IMG/VR virus record: IMGVR_UViG_3300047564_002270
Span: 1-64,000 of that record
DNA from: a virus
DNA length: 64,000 nt
Reading direction: 5' to 3' (one strand)
Shown: positions 9,795 to 19,038 of the stretch, piece after piece
How the letters are laid out: every line of letters begins with the position of its first letter
Numbering within the stretch: the stretch's first letter is position 1
The notes under the pieces: generated by a model
The model's database searches: none
Seen by the model: only the letters and a program-made list of their open reading frames with translations
Told to the model about the DNA's origin: nothing
Translations under genes and position numbers: made by a program

Positions 9795-12286
9795 GATTTT
9801 ATACTAATGTTCAATTGATTGGAAATCAGTTTTTGGTTCGTGGAGTAGAAAATGGTAAAAGATTTGAAACAAGAGACGAGTTCTTTCCAACTCTTTATGT
9901 AAAAACTAAAAAGCCATCCAAATATAGAACATTAAGTGGTGAAGCAGTTGAAGAGGTAAAACCTGGAACAGTTAGGGACTGTCGTGAGTTTTACAGTAAA
10001 TATGAAAATGTTGATGGGTTTGAGATCTATGGAAACGATCGCTATGTCTATCAATACATTTCAGAAAAGTATCCTGAGGATGAAATTAAGTTTGATATTA
10101 GCAAAATCAAACTTGTAACTCTGGATATTGAGGTTGCTTCAGAGCACGGGTTCCCTGATGTGGAATCTTGCTCTGAGGAAATTCTTGCGATTACAATTCA
10201 GGATTATACTACCAAGAAGATTATTACTTGGGGAATTAAACCATTCAATAATACTCGTAGTGATGTAACATATCATCACTGCCCTTCCGAATATCAACTT
10301 CTCAATCATTTCATCAATTATTGGATGAATGATGTTCCAGATGTGATTACTGGGTGGAACGTTCAGATGTATGATATTCCTTATATCTGCAAGAGACTTA
10401 ATCGGGTTCTTGGTGAAAAACTGATGAAACGTTTTTCTAACTGGGGTCTTGTAACTGAGGGTGAAGTTTATATCAATGGACGTAAGCACACTACGTTTGA
10501 CGTTGGTGGTTTAACTCAACTCGATTACCTTGATCTTTATAAGAAATTTACTTATAAAATTCAAGAGTCTTATCGCCTTGATTACATTGCCGAAGTGGAA
10601 CTGGGGCAGAAGAAACTTGATCACTCTGAGTTTGAAACCTTTAAAGACTTTTACACTAACGGTTGGCAGAAGTACATTGAATACAACATCGTTGACGTGG
10701 AACTTGTTGACCGTTTGGAAGACAAGATGAAGTTGATCGAACTTGCATTGACAATGGCATATGACGCTAAAGTGAATTATGCTGATGTTTTCTATCAGGT
10801 TCGTATGTGGGATAATATCATCTACACTTACCTTAAAAAGAGGGATATCGTTATTCCTCCAAAGAATAGGACTAAGAAAGATGAAAAATATGCCGGTGCT
10901 TACGTTAAGGAACCTATTCCTGGAATGTATGATTGGGTGGTGAGTTTTGACCTTAACTCACTATACCCTCACCTCATTATGCAATATAACATCTCTCCAG
11001 AAACTCTTTTAGAAGAAAGGCATCCTACAGTAAATGTGGATAAAATTCTAAATCAGGATCTGAACTTTGAGATGTATAAGGACTATGCAGTATGTGCCAA
11101 TGGTGCAATGTATCGTAAAGACGTTCGTGGTTTTCTTCCAGAACTGATGGAGAAGATTTACAACGAACGTGTAATCTTCAAGAAGAAAATGCTTGCAGCA
11201 GAGCAAGAGTATGAAAAGACTAAGAATAAAGAATTAGTCAAAGAGATTGCTCGCTGCAATAACATTCAAATGGCAAGGAAGATCCAACTTAACTCTGCTT
11301 ATGGTGCTATTGGTAATCAGTATTTCCGCTATTACAAACTAGCAAACGCTGAGGCAATCACCTTATCTGGTCAGGTTTCCATTCAGTGGATTATGGATAA
11401 GATGAATTCTTATTTAAATAAAGTTCTTAAGACTGATGGGGAAGATTATGTTATTGCTTCTGATACTGACTCTTTGTATATCAATATGGGTCCTCTGGTT
11501 GAGAGTGTATTCAAGGGAAGAGAGAAAACTACTCAAAGCATTGTTTCGTTCCTTGATAAGGTCTGTCAGGTGGAACTTGAAAAGTATATTGAAAGTTGCT
11601 ACCAAGAATTGGCGTCCTATGTAAATGCTTATGATCAGAAAATGATTATGAAGCGTGAATGTATTGCTGAGCGTGGTATTTGGACTGCAAAGAAGCGATA
11701 TATTCTAAGTGTTTGGGATAGTGAAGGTGTTCTTTATGAAGAACCCAAATTAAAGATCAAGGGTATTGAGGCAATTAAATCTTCTACTCCTGCACCTTGT
11801 CGTAGTATGTTGAAAAAATCATTTAACATTATGATGAGTGGAAGTGAAGATGACATAATTGATTATATTGAGGAATGTCGAACAAACTTTAAGAATATGA
11901 AACCTGAGCAAATAGCATTTCCTAGAACTGCATCTGATGTTCAGAAGTATTCATCATCTTCTAACATTTATGCATCGAAAACTCCAATTCACGTTAGGGG
12001 AGCTTTGCTATTCAATTATTATGTTAAGCAAAGGAAACTTACTAATAAGTATTCTTTTATTCAGAATGGTGAAAAGGTTAAATATATTTTCCTTAAAAAA
12101 CCAAATATCATTCACGAAAATGTAATTTCTTTCATTCAAGATTTTCCCAAGGAACTTGATCTTGACAAATACATAGATTATGAACTACAATTTGAGAAAG
12201 CATTTTTAGAACCCCTCAAGAGTATTCTTGATGTAGTTGGATGGAGTGTTGAAAAATCTTCAAGTTTAGAATCTTTTTTTGTATGA
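9791..12286 (+). CDS. gp43: family B DNA polymerase gp43
   Basis: exonuclease DIEV, SFDLNSLYP, KIQLNSAYG and DTDS; no intein or intron seen. Confidence 0.97.
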   Translation: MRFYTNVQLIGNQFLVRGVENGKRFETRDEFFPTLYVKTKKPSKYRTLSGEAVEEVKPGTVRDCREFYSKYENVDGFEIYGNDRYVYQYISEKYPEDEIKFDISKIKLVTLDIEVASEHGFPDVESCSEEILAITIQDYTTKKIITWGIKPFNNTRSDVTYHHCPSEYQLLNHFINYWMNDVPDVITGWNVQMYDIPYICKRLNRVLGEKLMKRFSNWGLVTEGEVYINGRKHTTFDVGGLTQLDYLDLYKKFTYKIQESYRLDYIAEVELGQKKLDHSEFETFKDFYTNGWQKYIEYNIVDVELVDRLEDKMKLIELALTMAYDAKVNYADVFYQVRMWDNIIYTYLKKRDIVIPPKNRTKKDEKYAGAYVKEPIPGMYDWVVSFDLNSLYPHLIMQYNISPETLLEERHPTVNVDKILNQDLNFEMYKDYAVCANGAMYRKDVRGFLPELMEKIYNERVIFKKKMLAAEQEYEKTKNKELVKEIARCNNIQMARKIQLNSAYGAIGNQYFRYYKLANAEAITLSGQVSIQWIMDKMNSYLNKVLKTDGEDYVIASDTDSLYINMGPLVESVFKGREKTTQSIVSFLDKVCQVELEKYIESCYQELASYVNAYDQKMIMKRECIAERGIWTAKKRYILSVWDSEGVLYEEPKLKIKGIEAIKSSTPAPCRSMLKKSFNIMMSGSEDDIIDYIEECRTNFKNMKPEQIAFPRTASDVQKYSSSSNIYASKTPIHVRGALLFNYYVKQRKLTNKYSFIQNGEKVKYIFLKKPNIIHENVISFIQDFPKELDLDKYIDYELQFEKAFLEPLKSILDVVGWSVEKSSSLESFFV

Positions 12287-12416
12287 TGAATTTGCCAATT
12301 ACTGATAAAGAATTAGAATTGATAATTGAAATGGTTAAAAGTAGGGATCAGAAACTTTATAATAAGTTATGGACTTATAAATTTAATTTTAAAAATATTA
12401 AAACTGAGAAATAGGT

Positions 12417-13424
12417 ATGGATTTTCTTAAAGATATTGTAAAAGAAATAGGTGATGACTATACAAAACTAGCATCAGATATTGAAGAAACAGAAACTTAT
12501 GTTGACACGGGTTCTTACGTTTTTAATGCACTGGTTTCAGGTAGCATATTTGGTGGTGTATCTGGGAATAAGATTACTGCTATTGCTGGAGAGTCTTCTA
12601 CTGGAAAAACTTTCTTTAGCCTCGCCGTTGTTAAGAATTTTCTTGATAATCATTCCGATGGTTATTGCCTCTACTTTGATACTGAGGCTGCCATTACCAA
12701 ATCTCTCCTGGAAAGTCGCGGCATCGACACATCAAGGTTTGTCGTGGTTAATGTTGTCACCGTAGAAGAGTTTCGAACTAAAGCACTCAAAGCAGTTGAT
12801 CTTTATATGAAGAAACCCGAAGGGGAACGCAGTCCTTGTATGTTTGTGCTAGACTCTTTAGGTATGCTTTCTACCAGTAAAGAAATCACTGATGCCTTAA
12901 ATGAAAAAGAAGTTCGTGATATGACTAAATCACAACTTATCAAAGGCGCTTTCCGTATGCTCACACTCAAATTAGGACAGGCAAATGTACCGCTCATTGT
13001 CACAAATCATACATACGATGTCATCGGAGCTTATGTACCAACGAAAGAAATGGGTGGAGGTTCTGGACTCAAATACGCAGCATCTACGATCATCTATCTC
13101 AGCAAAAAGAAAGAAAAAGATGGAACAGAAGTGGTCGGCAATATTATCAAAGCTAAGACTGCTAAGTCGCGTTTGAGTAAAGAGAATAAACAGGTTGAAG
13201 TTCGCTTATATTATGATGAGAGGGGACTTGATCGATATTACGGACTGCTTGAACTTGGTGAACTTGGTGGACTTTGGAAAAACGTTGCTGGAAGATATGA
13301 GATAGATGGGAAGAAAATTTATGCCAAGCAGATTTTAAAAGAACCTGAGGTATATTTTACAGAAGAAGTAATGCAACAGTTGGACGAAATCGCACAAAGG
13401 GAATTTAGTTATGGAAAAAATTGA
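12417..13424 (+). CDS. uvsX: RecA-like recombinase UvsX
   Basis: GESSTGKT, YFDTE, LDSLG and MGGGSG. Confidence 0.95.
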   Translation: MDFLKDIVKEIGDDYTKLASDIEETETYVDTGSYVFNALVSGSIFGGVSGNKITAIAGESSTGKTFFSLAVVKNFLDNHSDGYCLYFDTEAAITKSLLESRGIDTSRFVVVNVVTVEEFRTKALKAVDLYMKKPEGERSPCMFVLDSLGMLSTSKEITDALNEKEVRDMTKSQLIKGAFRMLTLKLGQANVPLIVTNHTYDVIGAYVPTKEMGGGSGLKYAASTIIYLSKKKEKDGTEVVGNIIKAKTAKSRLSKENKQVEVRLYYDERGLDRYYGLLELGELGGLWKNVAGRYEIDGKKIYAKQILKEPEVYFTEEVMQQLDEIAQREFSYGKN

Positions 13425-14787
13425 GTTTCTAATTCTTAGAAACCTTTTATATAATGAACAATATTTACGCAAAGTTATACCGTTTTTAAAATCAGAATAT
13501 TTTGAAGATCAAAATCAAAAAATAGTTTTTGAGGAAATACTATCATTCGTCAACAAATACAATCAGTTGGCAACGAAAGAAGTTCTTTGTATTGAAGTTG
13601 AAAAAAGAACAGATATCAATGACACTACCTTTAAAGAAATTATCCATTTGATTGGGTGTTTGGATGATATTCCTGCTGAGTTTAATTGGGTAGTTTCTAC
13701 TACTGAAAAGTGGTGTCGTGATCGTGCCATTTATTTGGCACTTATGGAGTCAATTCATATTGCGGACGGTAAGAGTGAAAAGAAAACTCCAGATAGTATT
13801 CCTTCTATTCTTTCTGACGCTCTTGCTGTAAGTTTTGATAATCACGTTGGGCACGATTATTTACAAGATTATGAACAAAGATACGAAGCATATCATAGAA
13901 AGGAGGATAAAATTGAATTTGATCTTGAATATTTTAATAAAATCACAAAAGGTGGGATCCCTAACAAAACTCTTAATATCGCTCTTGCTGGTACGGGCGT
14001 CGGGAAGTCTCTATTCATGTGCCATGTGGCTAGCTCCGTCTTGCTCCAGGGGAGGAACGTTCTCTACATTACAATGGAAATGGCAGAAGAACGAATTGCT
14101 GAGAGAATTGACGCAAACCTCCTGAACGTTCCTATTCAATCTATCATTGATTTGCCTAAGCAAATGTTTGAAAGCAAGGTTACAAACCTTGCCAAGAAAA
14201 CACAAGGAACTCTGATTATCAAAGAGTATCCAACTGCTTCTGCACATAGTGGGCATTTCAAATCTCTTTTGAATGAACTCTCTCTTAAGAAATCATTCAA
14301 ACCAGATATTATCTTCATTGATTACCTTAATATCTGTGCCTCTTCGCGTTATAAGGGAAACAGCAACATTAACTCATATTCTTATATTAAAGCAATCGCA
14401 GAAGAACTTCGTGGTCTTGCTGTAGAGTTCAATGTTCCTATTGTTTCTGCTACTCAAACCACTCGTTCAGGTTATGGCAATAGTGATGTTGAGTTGACTG
14501 ATACTTCTGAGTCATTTGGTCTTCCTGCTACTGCTGACCTTATGTTTGCTTTGATTAGCACTGAAGAGTTAGAAGAGTTGGGGCAAATTCTTGTGAAGCA
14601 ACTTAAGAACCGATACAATGACCCAACAATTTACAAGAGATTTGTTGTTGGTATTGATCGTGCCAAAATGAGATTGTATGATGTGGAACAATCGGCACAA
14701 CAAGACATACTTGACTCTGGTAAAGAAGAAGAGTATGATTATGAAGAAAAGAAACCTAAAAAATCATTTGAAGGATTCAAATTTTGA
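13411..14787 (+). CDS. gp41: replicative helicase gp41
   Basis: AGTGVGKS, IDYLNI, SATQTTR and QLKNRY. Confidence 0.95.
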   Translation: MEKIEFLILRNLLYNEQYLRKVIPFLKSEYFEDQNQKIVFEEILSFVNKYNQLATKEVLCIEVEKRTDINDTTFKEIIHLIGCLDDIPAEFNWVVSTTEKWCRDRAIYLALMESIHIADGKSEKKTPDSIPSILSDALAVSFDNHVGHDYLQDYEQRYEAYHRKEDKIEFDLEYFNKITKGGIPNKTLNIALAGTGVGKSLFMCHVASSVLLQGRNVLYITMEMAEERIAERIDANLLNVPIQSIIDLPKQMFESKVTNLAKKTQGTLIIKEYPTASAHSGHFKSLLNELSLKKSFKPDIIFIDYLNICASSRYKGNSNINSYSYIKAIAEELRGLAVEFNVPIVSATQTTRSGYGNSDVELTDTSESFGLPATADLMFALISTEELEELGQILVKQLKNRYNDPTIYKRFVVGIDRAKMRLYDVEQSAQQDILDSGKEEEYDYEEKKPKKSFEGFKF

Positions 14788-14825
14788 TTAGCTTAAAAAC
14801 TGACTTTTTACTTAATAAATTACCT

Positions 14826-15245
14826 ATGACTGAAACTAAAGTGATTGACACTGAAAAGTATATTAACTTTGTTCGCCAAACTACAAGTCCTGCAAGTTCT
14901 GATTTTAACCAATTAGTTGCTCGTATGACTGAACTTGAACTTGAAAATGACGTAGATACTCCCCGTCTTTTGACTGCTGCGTTTGGTATCAGTGCAGAGG
15001 CAGGTGAATTTACTGAGGTTGTTAAGAAGGTTTTTCTACAAGGCAAACCATATAGTCAAGAGACTGAGTTTCATTTAAAGCGAGAACTTGGAGACATTTT
15101 TTGGTATCTTGCTCAAGCGTGTATGGCACTTGATACTACTTTTGATGAAGTTCTGCAGATGAACTATGAGAAACTGAGTGCTCGTTATCCTGATGGTGCA
15201 TTTGATGTTTATCGTTCCGAAAACCGTGTAGAAGGTGATTTGTGA
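14826..15245 (+). CDS. mazG: MazG-like nucleotide pyrophosphohydrolase
   Basis: AEAGEFTEVVKK and ELGDIFWY. Confidence 0.88.
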   Translation: MTETKVIDTEKYINFVRQTTSPASSDFNQLVARMTELELENDVDTPRLLTAAFGISAEAGEFTEVVKKVFLQGKPYSQETEFHLKRELGDIFWYLAQACMALDTTFDEVLQMNYEKLSARYPDGAFDVYRSENRVEGDL

Positions 15246-15310
15246 TCTAAGTCGTCTTAAACCTCCTCTGGGAGGTTTTTTTTATAAATAACTAAAAAGT
15301 ATTTGTAAAG

Positions 15311-15973
15311 ATGGCAAACATTTATAGAAATCTTGCAGAAGCATATCAGCAGGTTTATACTCCTCAAGAAGTTGATGAAGCAACTGCGATGGCAAAGCGT
15401 GGTCATGATGAGACTGAACTTCGTAAAAGAGCAGGTGGTGGTGAGGCAGCAGATAGAGCAACTTCACTAGAGAATAGACCAACCTATGGTGATGCTAAGA
15501 AGGCAAAACAGAGAACTGATTATGCCAGAAAGCAAAGAGGTGATTTCCGTAAGACCGCATCTTCAAATCCTGGTCTTCACGTTGGACAGCACAAGTCTGA
15601 TGATCCTAAGGTAAAAGCGAAGCAGGCAGCAAGAGGTGCTCAGAGAGGTGCTCTGACTCCCAATGAGAGAAAGCAACTCAATATGGGCGATGAGTCTTTT
15701 GATATTTTTGATATTGTTCTTGAGTTCCTTCAAGTAGAAGGATACGCAGAAACTCTGGAAGAAGCAGAGTGGATGATGGCAAATATTATTGATGAGGAAG
15801 CAATTGAGATTGTCCTCGGTGAAGCACAAGAGGCTCGCAACAATCCTGAGAAGTATGAAGCAGACCAAAAGAAAAAGTCTGCTCCTGTTCGTGGAGAAAG
15901 AACTCCTATGCCCCCAAGAGGTGATAAGCGTAGAGAGGACTTTGAGAAGTGGTATGCTAAGAACGTTCGCTGA
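15311..15973 (+). CDS. probable head-internal protein
   Basis: late promoter TATAAATA upstream; basic modules flanked by VDEA/LGEA sites. Confidence 0.55.
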   Translation: MANIYRNLAEAYQQVYTPQEVDEATAMAKRGHDETELRKRAGGGEAADRATSLENRPTYGDAKKAKQRTDYARKQRGDFRKTASSNPGLHVGQHKSDDPKVKAKQAARGAQRGALTPNERKQLNMGDESFDIFDIVLEFLQVEGYAETLEEAEWMMANIIDEEAIEIVLGEAQEARNNPEKYEADQKKKSAPVRGERTPMPPRGDKRREDFEKWYAKNVR

Positions 15974-16061
15974 TAAATAACGCGGAAGGTTGCTCCAACC
16001 CACCCAACTTTGTTGGGTGGGTTTTTGCTTTCTAAATAGTAAAAAAGTATTTTGAGTTTTT

Positions 16062-17741
16062 ATGGCTATTGCTGATGAAGTTCAAAAAGAATTAAAAAAT
16101 ATTTTTCAAGGGAAATTAGATCTTAAAAAGTTTTATGAAAAATATTCTTCTAGTGGTGGCGAAGACCGACAGGTAGATCCTTTTGACTATACAAATTCTA
16201 CGATGGTTGTGAAACAGTCTAATAGTAGAATTAAATTTATTCCAAGAATTAAATCGAAGCAAGAAAGAAATCATCTCGCTAATGCAACAAAGGAATGGGT
16301 TGAAGAGAATAAAAATTTGTTGAGAGATGCTATTACTCCATATCTTCCTGGAGGTATGATGTATGAAATTAAAATTGATATAGGCGTAAAAACTGGTAGT
16401 GGATCCCAAACTGTAGAGTTTGCATTAGTTCCACAGGGAAAAAAGAATGCAACATTTTCTTTTTGGTGGCAAGGAAAAGGATTATCAAATGGAGCTGCAG
16501 GTAAAAGAACAGATCCGCATGAATTGATGACTGCGTGTTTAATTTTAAATCAAGAAAGAATAAGTCTTGCAAAAGTTAATGGTATGAAAGATGAAGCAAG
16601 GCAAGCATATTTAAAAGAAGTTGTTGATAAATTAGCATCAACTGCATCTAAAGTTGAGGGTTCTGCTGGTCTTGATGGGTTTTATTGTGATAAAGAAAAA
16701 AATGAACCTGATTTAGTCAATCTCGCTAAAGCAATATCAATTTCCAATTATGTAATAAATCAAATTGGAAGAAATGCAAAGGTGCAAACTGTATGGCAAA
16801 CGGGAACTAAATGGGCTCAAGAAATTAAAAGATTTAATGTTGGCCCAGAGACAATGAAAAATTATAATTCTTCTGATATTATTGTTAAGTTTGATTTAAA
16901 AGGTACAACTCATTATTGGGGATTGTCTCTTAAAAAGCGCGGCATTAATGAAGTTGAGCCAACACTTTTAAATAAGCCATTGTTAGGTAAAACTGGATTT
17001 ATTTCTAAAAGCATACCACCTGCAGAAGAAAATAAAATTCAAGTAGCAAAGAAAAAATTTTTTACCAAGGCAATTCAAATAAAGTTAAGAGGTGATGTTT
17101 ATAAAAATAATATTAAAATTGATGATAATACTCCTATAAAAACTATATTGAAAGTTGCCACAGAACTTTTTAGTGATAAAGAAAAGGGTGATATGTTGCG
17201 TGGATATGGTGAATATTCTAAAAATCCAAATATTTATTTTAAAGAAATAGATAGAGTTTTTTTAGAAAAATTCGATAATAATGAAAAATTCTTCAAAGAA
17301 TTTTTAGATACTATTTTTAAGATTGATTTAACTTCATATTTAAAGGGAACCAATTTTCATTTCAGTTTAATTACTGGTGAGGGGGATTATAAATCTGGTA
17401 AATTGTTGCAAGTAAAAGCACCTTTGGAAAAAGAAGGTAGACTTACTACAGAAATTTTTACAGAAATGTTTGGAAGCAAACCAAAAAGTTCTAAGAAATA
17501 TGTTTTAGAAAAACCATCGGATAAAAAACAAGCATTTGAGCCTGGATCTACTGCTGCTAAATTATTTTATATTATGAAAATAGAAGATGTTCATATCGTA
17601 GATCTTGAGGTTAGATATAAAGGTGCAATGACATCCGAACCTCAATTTCAAATTTTTATGAGTACTAGACCAAATAATTTTTCACAACTTTATAAAAAAT
17701 TGTCTAAGAAGAAAAAATTTGGCGAAGAACGTTGGGGTTAA
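16062..17741 (+). CDS. large Lys-rich hypothetical protein with a possible PD-(D/E)XK-like motif
   Basis: SSDIIVK..WGLSLKK; AT-rich; late-type TAAATA upstream. Confidence 0.5.
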   Translation: MAIADEVQKELKNIFQGKLDLKKFYEKYSSSGGEDRQVDPFDYTNSTMVVKQSNSRIKFIPRIKSKQERNHLANATKEWVEENKNLLRDAITPYLPGGMMYEIKIDIGVKTGSGSQTVEFALVPQGKKNATFSFWWQGKGLSNGAAGKRTDPHELMTACLILNQERISLAKVNGMKDEARQAYLKEVVDKLASTASKVEGSAGLDGFYCDKEKNEPDLVNLAKAISISNYVINQIGRNAKVQTVWQTGTKWAQEIKRFNVGPETMKNYNSSDIIVKFDLKGTTHYWGLSLKKRGINEVEPTLLNKPLLGKTGFISKSIPPAEENKIQVAKKKFFTKAIQIKLRGDVYKNNIKIDDNTPIKTILKVATELFSDKEKGDMLRGYGEYSKNPNIYFKEIDRVFLEKFDNNEKFFKEFLDTIFKIDLTSYLKGTNFHFSLITGEGDYKSGKLLQVKAPLEKEGRLTTEIFTEMFGSKPKSSKKYVLEKPSDKKQAFEPGSTAAKLFYIMKIEDVHIVDLEVRYKGAMTSEPQFQIFMSTRPNNFSQLYKKLSKKKKFGEERWG

Positions 17742-17776
17742 ATTAATTAATAAATATAAGTATATAAACGATCAAT

Positions 17777-19030
17777 ATGAAGAGTTTTTCACGATTTTTA
17801 TCTGAGGCAAGAGAGTCGCAGGCAGTAATGCAAGCGCGGCGTCTTGGTCTGACTGGAGATGGCCACGGCGGATGGTATGATAAAAATGGTGAATTTACTG
17901 CCAAGACAGAAGGTGGTAAATTGAAGTTCTATAATCAGAACCAGGTGCCAGGGCAGCAGGACCCTCCCCAGAGGAGGACTGCCGCAAACCAGCAGCCAGT
18001 TGCCACCCAGACCCAGGCACCATCCTCTCAACAGGCACAGCAGGGAGCACCACCACAGGAGCAACCCCAGGGGCAGCAGGAAGCACCCCCAGAAGAGGGG
18101 CAGCAGGAAGACAAGGGAACCCTCACCATTGCTTTTGGTCGTTTTAATCCTCCAACAACTGGACACGAAAAACTTTTAGATACTGTTGCTAATATTGCAG
18201 ATAAGGGTGAGTATCGCATTTATCCTTCAAGATCTAATGATCCTAAGAAAAATCCATTAGATCCTGATACTAAGATTTCAATGATGCGTAGGTTATATCC
18301 AAAGCACGGGGAAAAAATTGTAAATGATGAAGGATCAAAAACAATTTTTGATGTTCTGAAGAAGGCACATCAAGATGGATATTCTGGTGTAAATATTGTT
18401 GTTGGATCAGATCGTCAAGCAGAGTTCCAAAAACTTGCAACCAAGTATAATGGAGACCTGTATGATTTCAAGAATTTGAATATCGTATCTGCGGGAGAAA
18501 GAGATCCTGATGCTGAAGATGTTACTGGAATGTCCGCATCAAAACTTCGCAAGGCAGCAGCAGAAGGGGACTTTGAAACATTCAGAAAAGGAACTCCAAA
18601 GTCCTTAGATGATAAGGAAGCAAGAAAGTTCTTTATGACTCTCCGCAAATCAATGAAGGTTGAAGAAGGTTTTAATCTCTGGGAAATTGCACCTAAAGAA
18701 GATATGGCATCTCTTCGTGAGTCATATATTAACAATGAGGTTTATTGTGAAGGTGAGATTGTAGAAAATATAAACACTGGATTAGTTGGAAAAATTATTC
18801 GCAGAGGAACTAATTACCTGATTTGTGTGACCGAAGATAATCTTATGTTTAAATCTTGGATTAAAGACTTAAACAAAATTGAAGAACAGCAGTGGACCAA
18901 CGTTTCTGGAGTTCCTGCAAATCAAAGAGAAGTTGGAACTGATGCTCTAAGAAAATATACAATGAAGATGACTGGAACGAAAGAAATACGTAATTTCATA
19001 AATAGATACAAGAAGAAAAGTAATCATTAA
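17777..19030 (+). CDS. cytidylyltransferase-like (HxGH nucleotidyltransferase) protein
   Basis: FGRFNPPTTGHEKL, VVGSDR and MSASKLR; N-terminus MKSFSRFLSEA. Confidence 0.85.
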   Translation: MKSFSRFLSEARESQAVMQARRLGLTGDGHGGWYDKNGEFTAKTEGGKLKFYNQNQVPGQQDPPQRRTAANQQPVATQTQAPSSQQAQQGAPPQEQPQGQQEAPPEEGQQEDKGTLTIAFGRFNPPTTGHEKLLDTVANIADKGEYRIYPSRSNDPKKNPLDPDTKISMMRRLYPKHGEKIVNDEGSKTIFDVLKKAHQDGYSGVNIVVGSDRQAEFQKLATKYNGDLYDFKNLNIVSAGERDPDAEDVTGMSASKLRKAAAEGDFETFRKGTPKSLDDKEARKFFMTLRKSMKVEEGFNLWEIAPKEDMASLRESYINNEVYCEGEIVENINTGLVGKIIRRGTNYLICVTEDNLMFKSWIKDLNKIEEQQWTNVSGVPANQREVGTDALRKYTMKMTGTKEIRNFINRYKKKSNH

Positions 19031-19038
19031 AAATTCCA

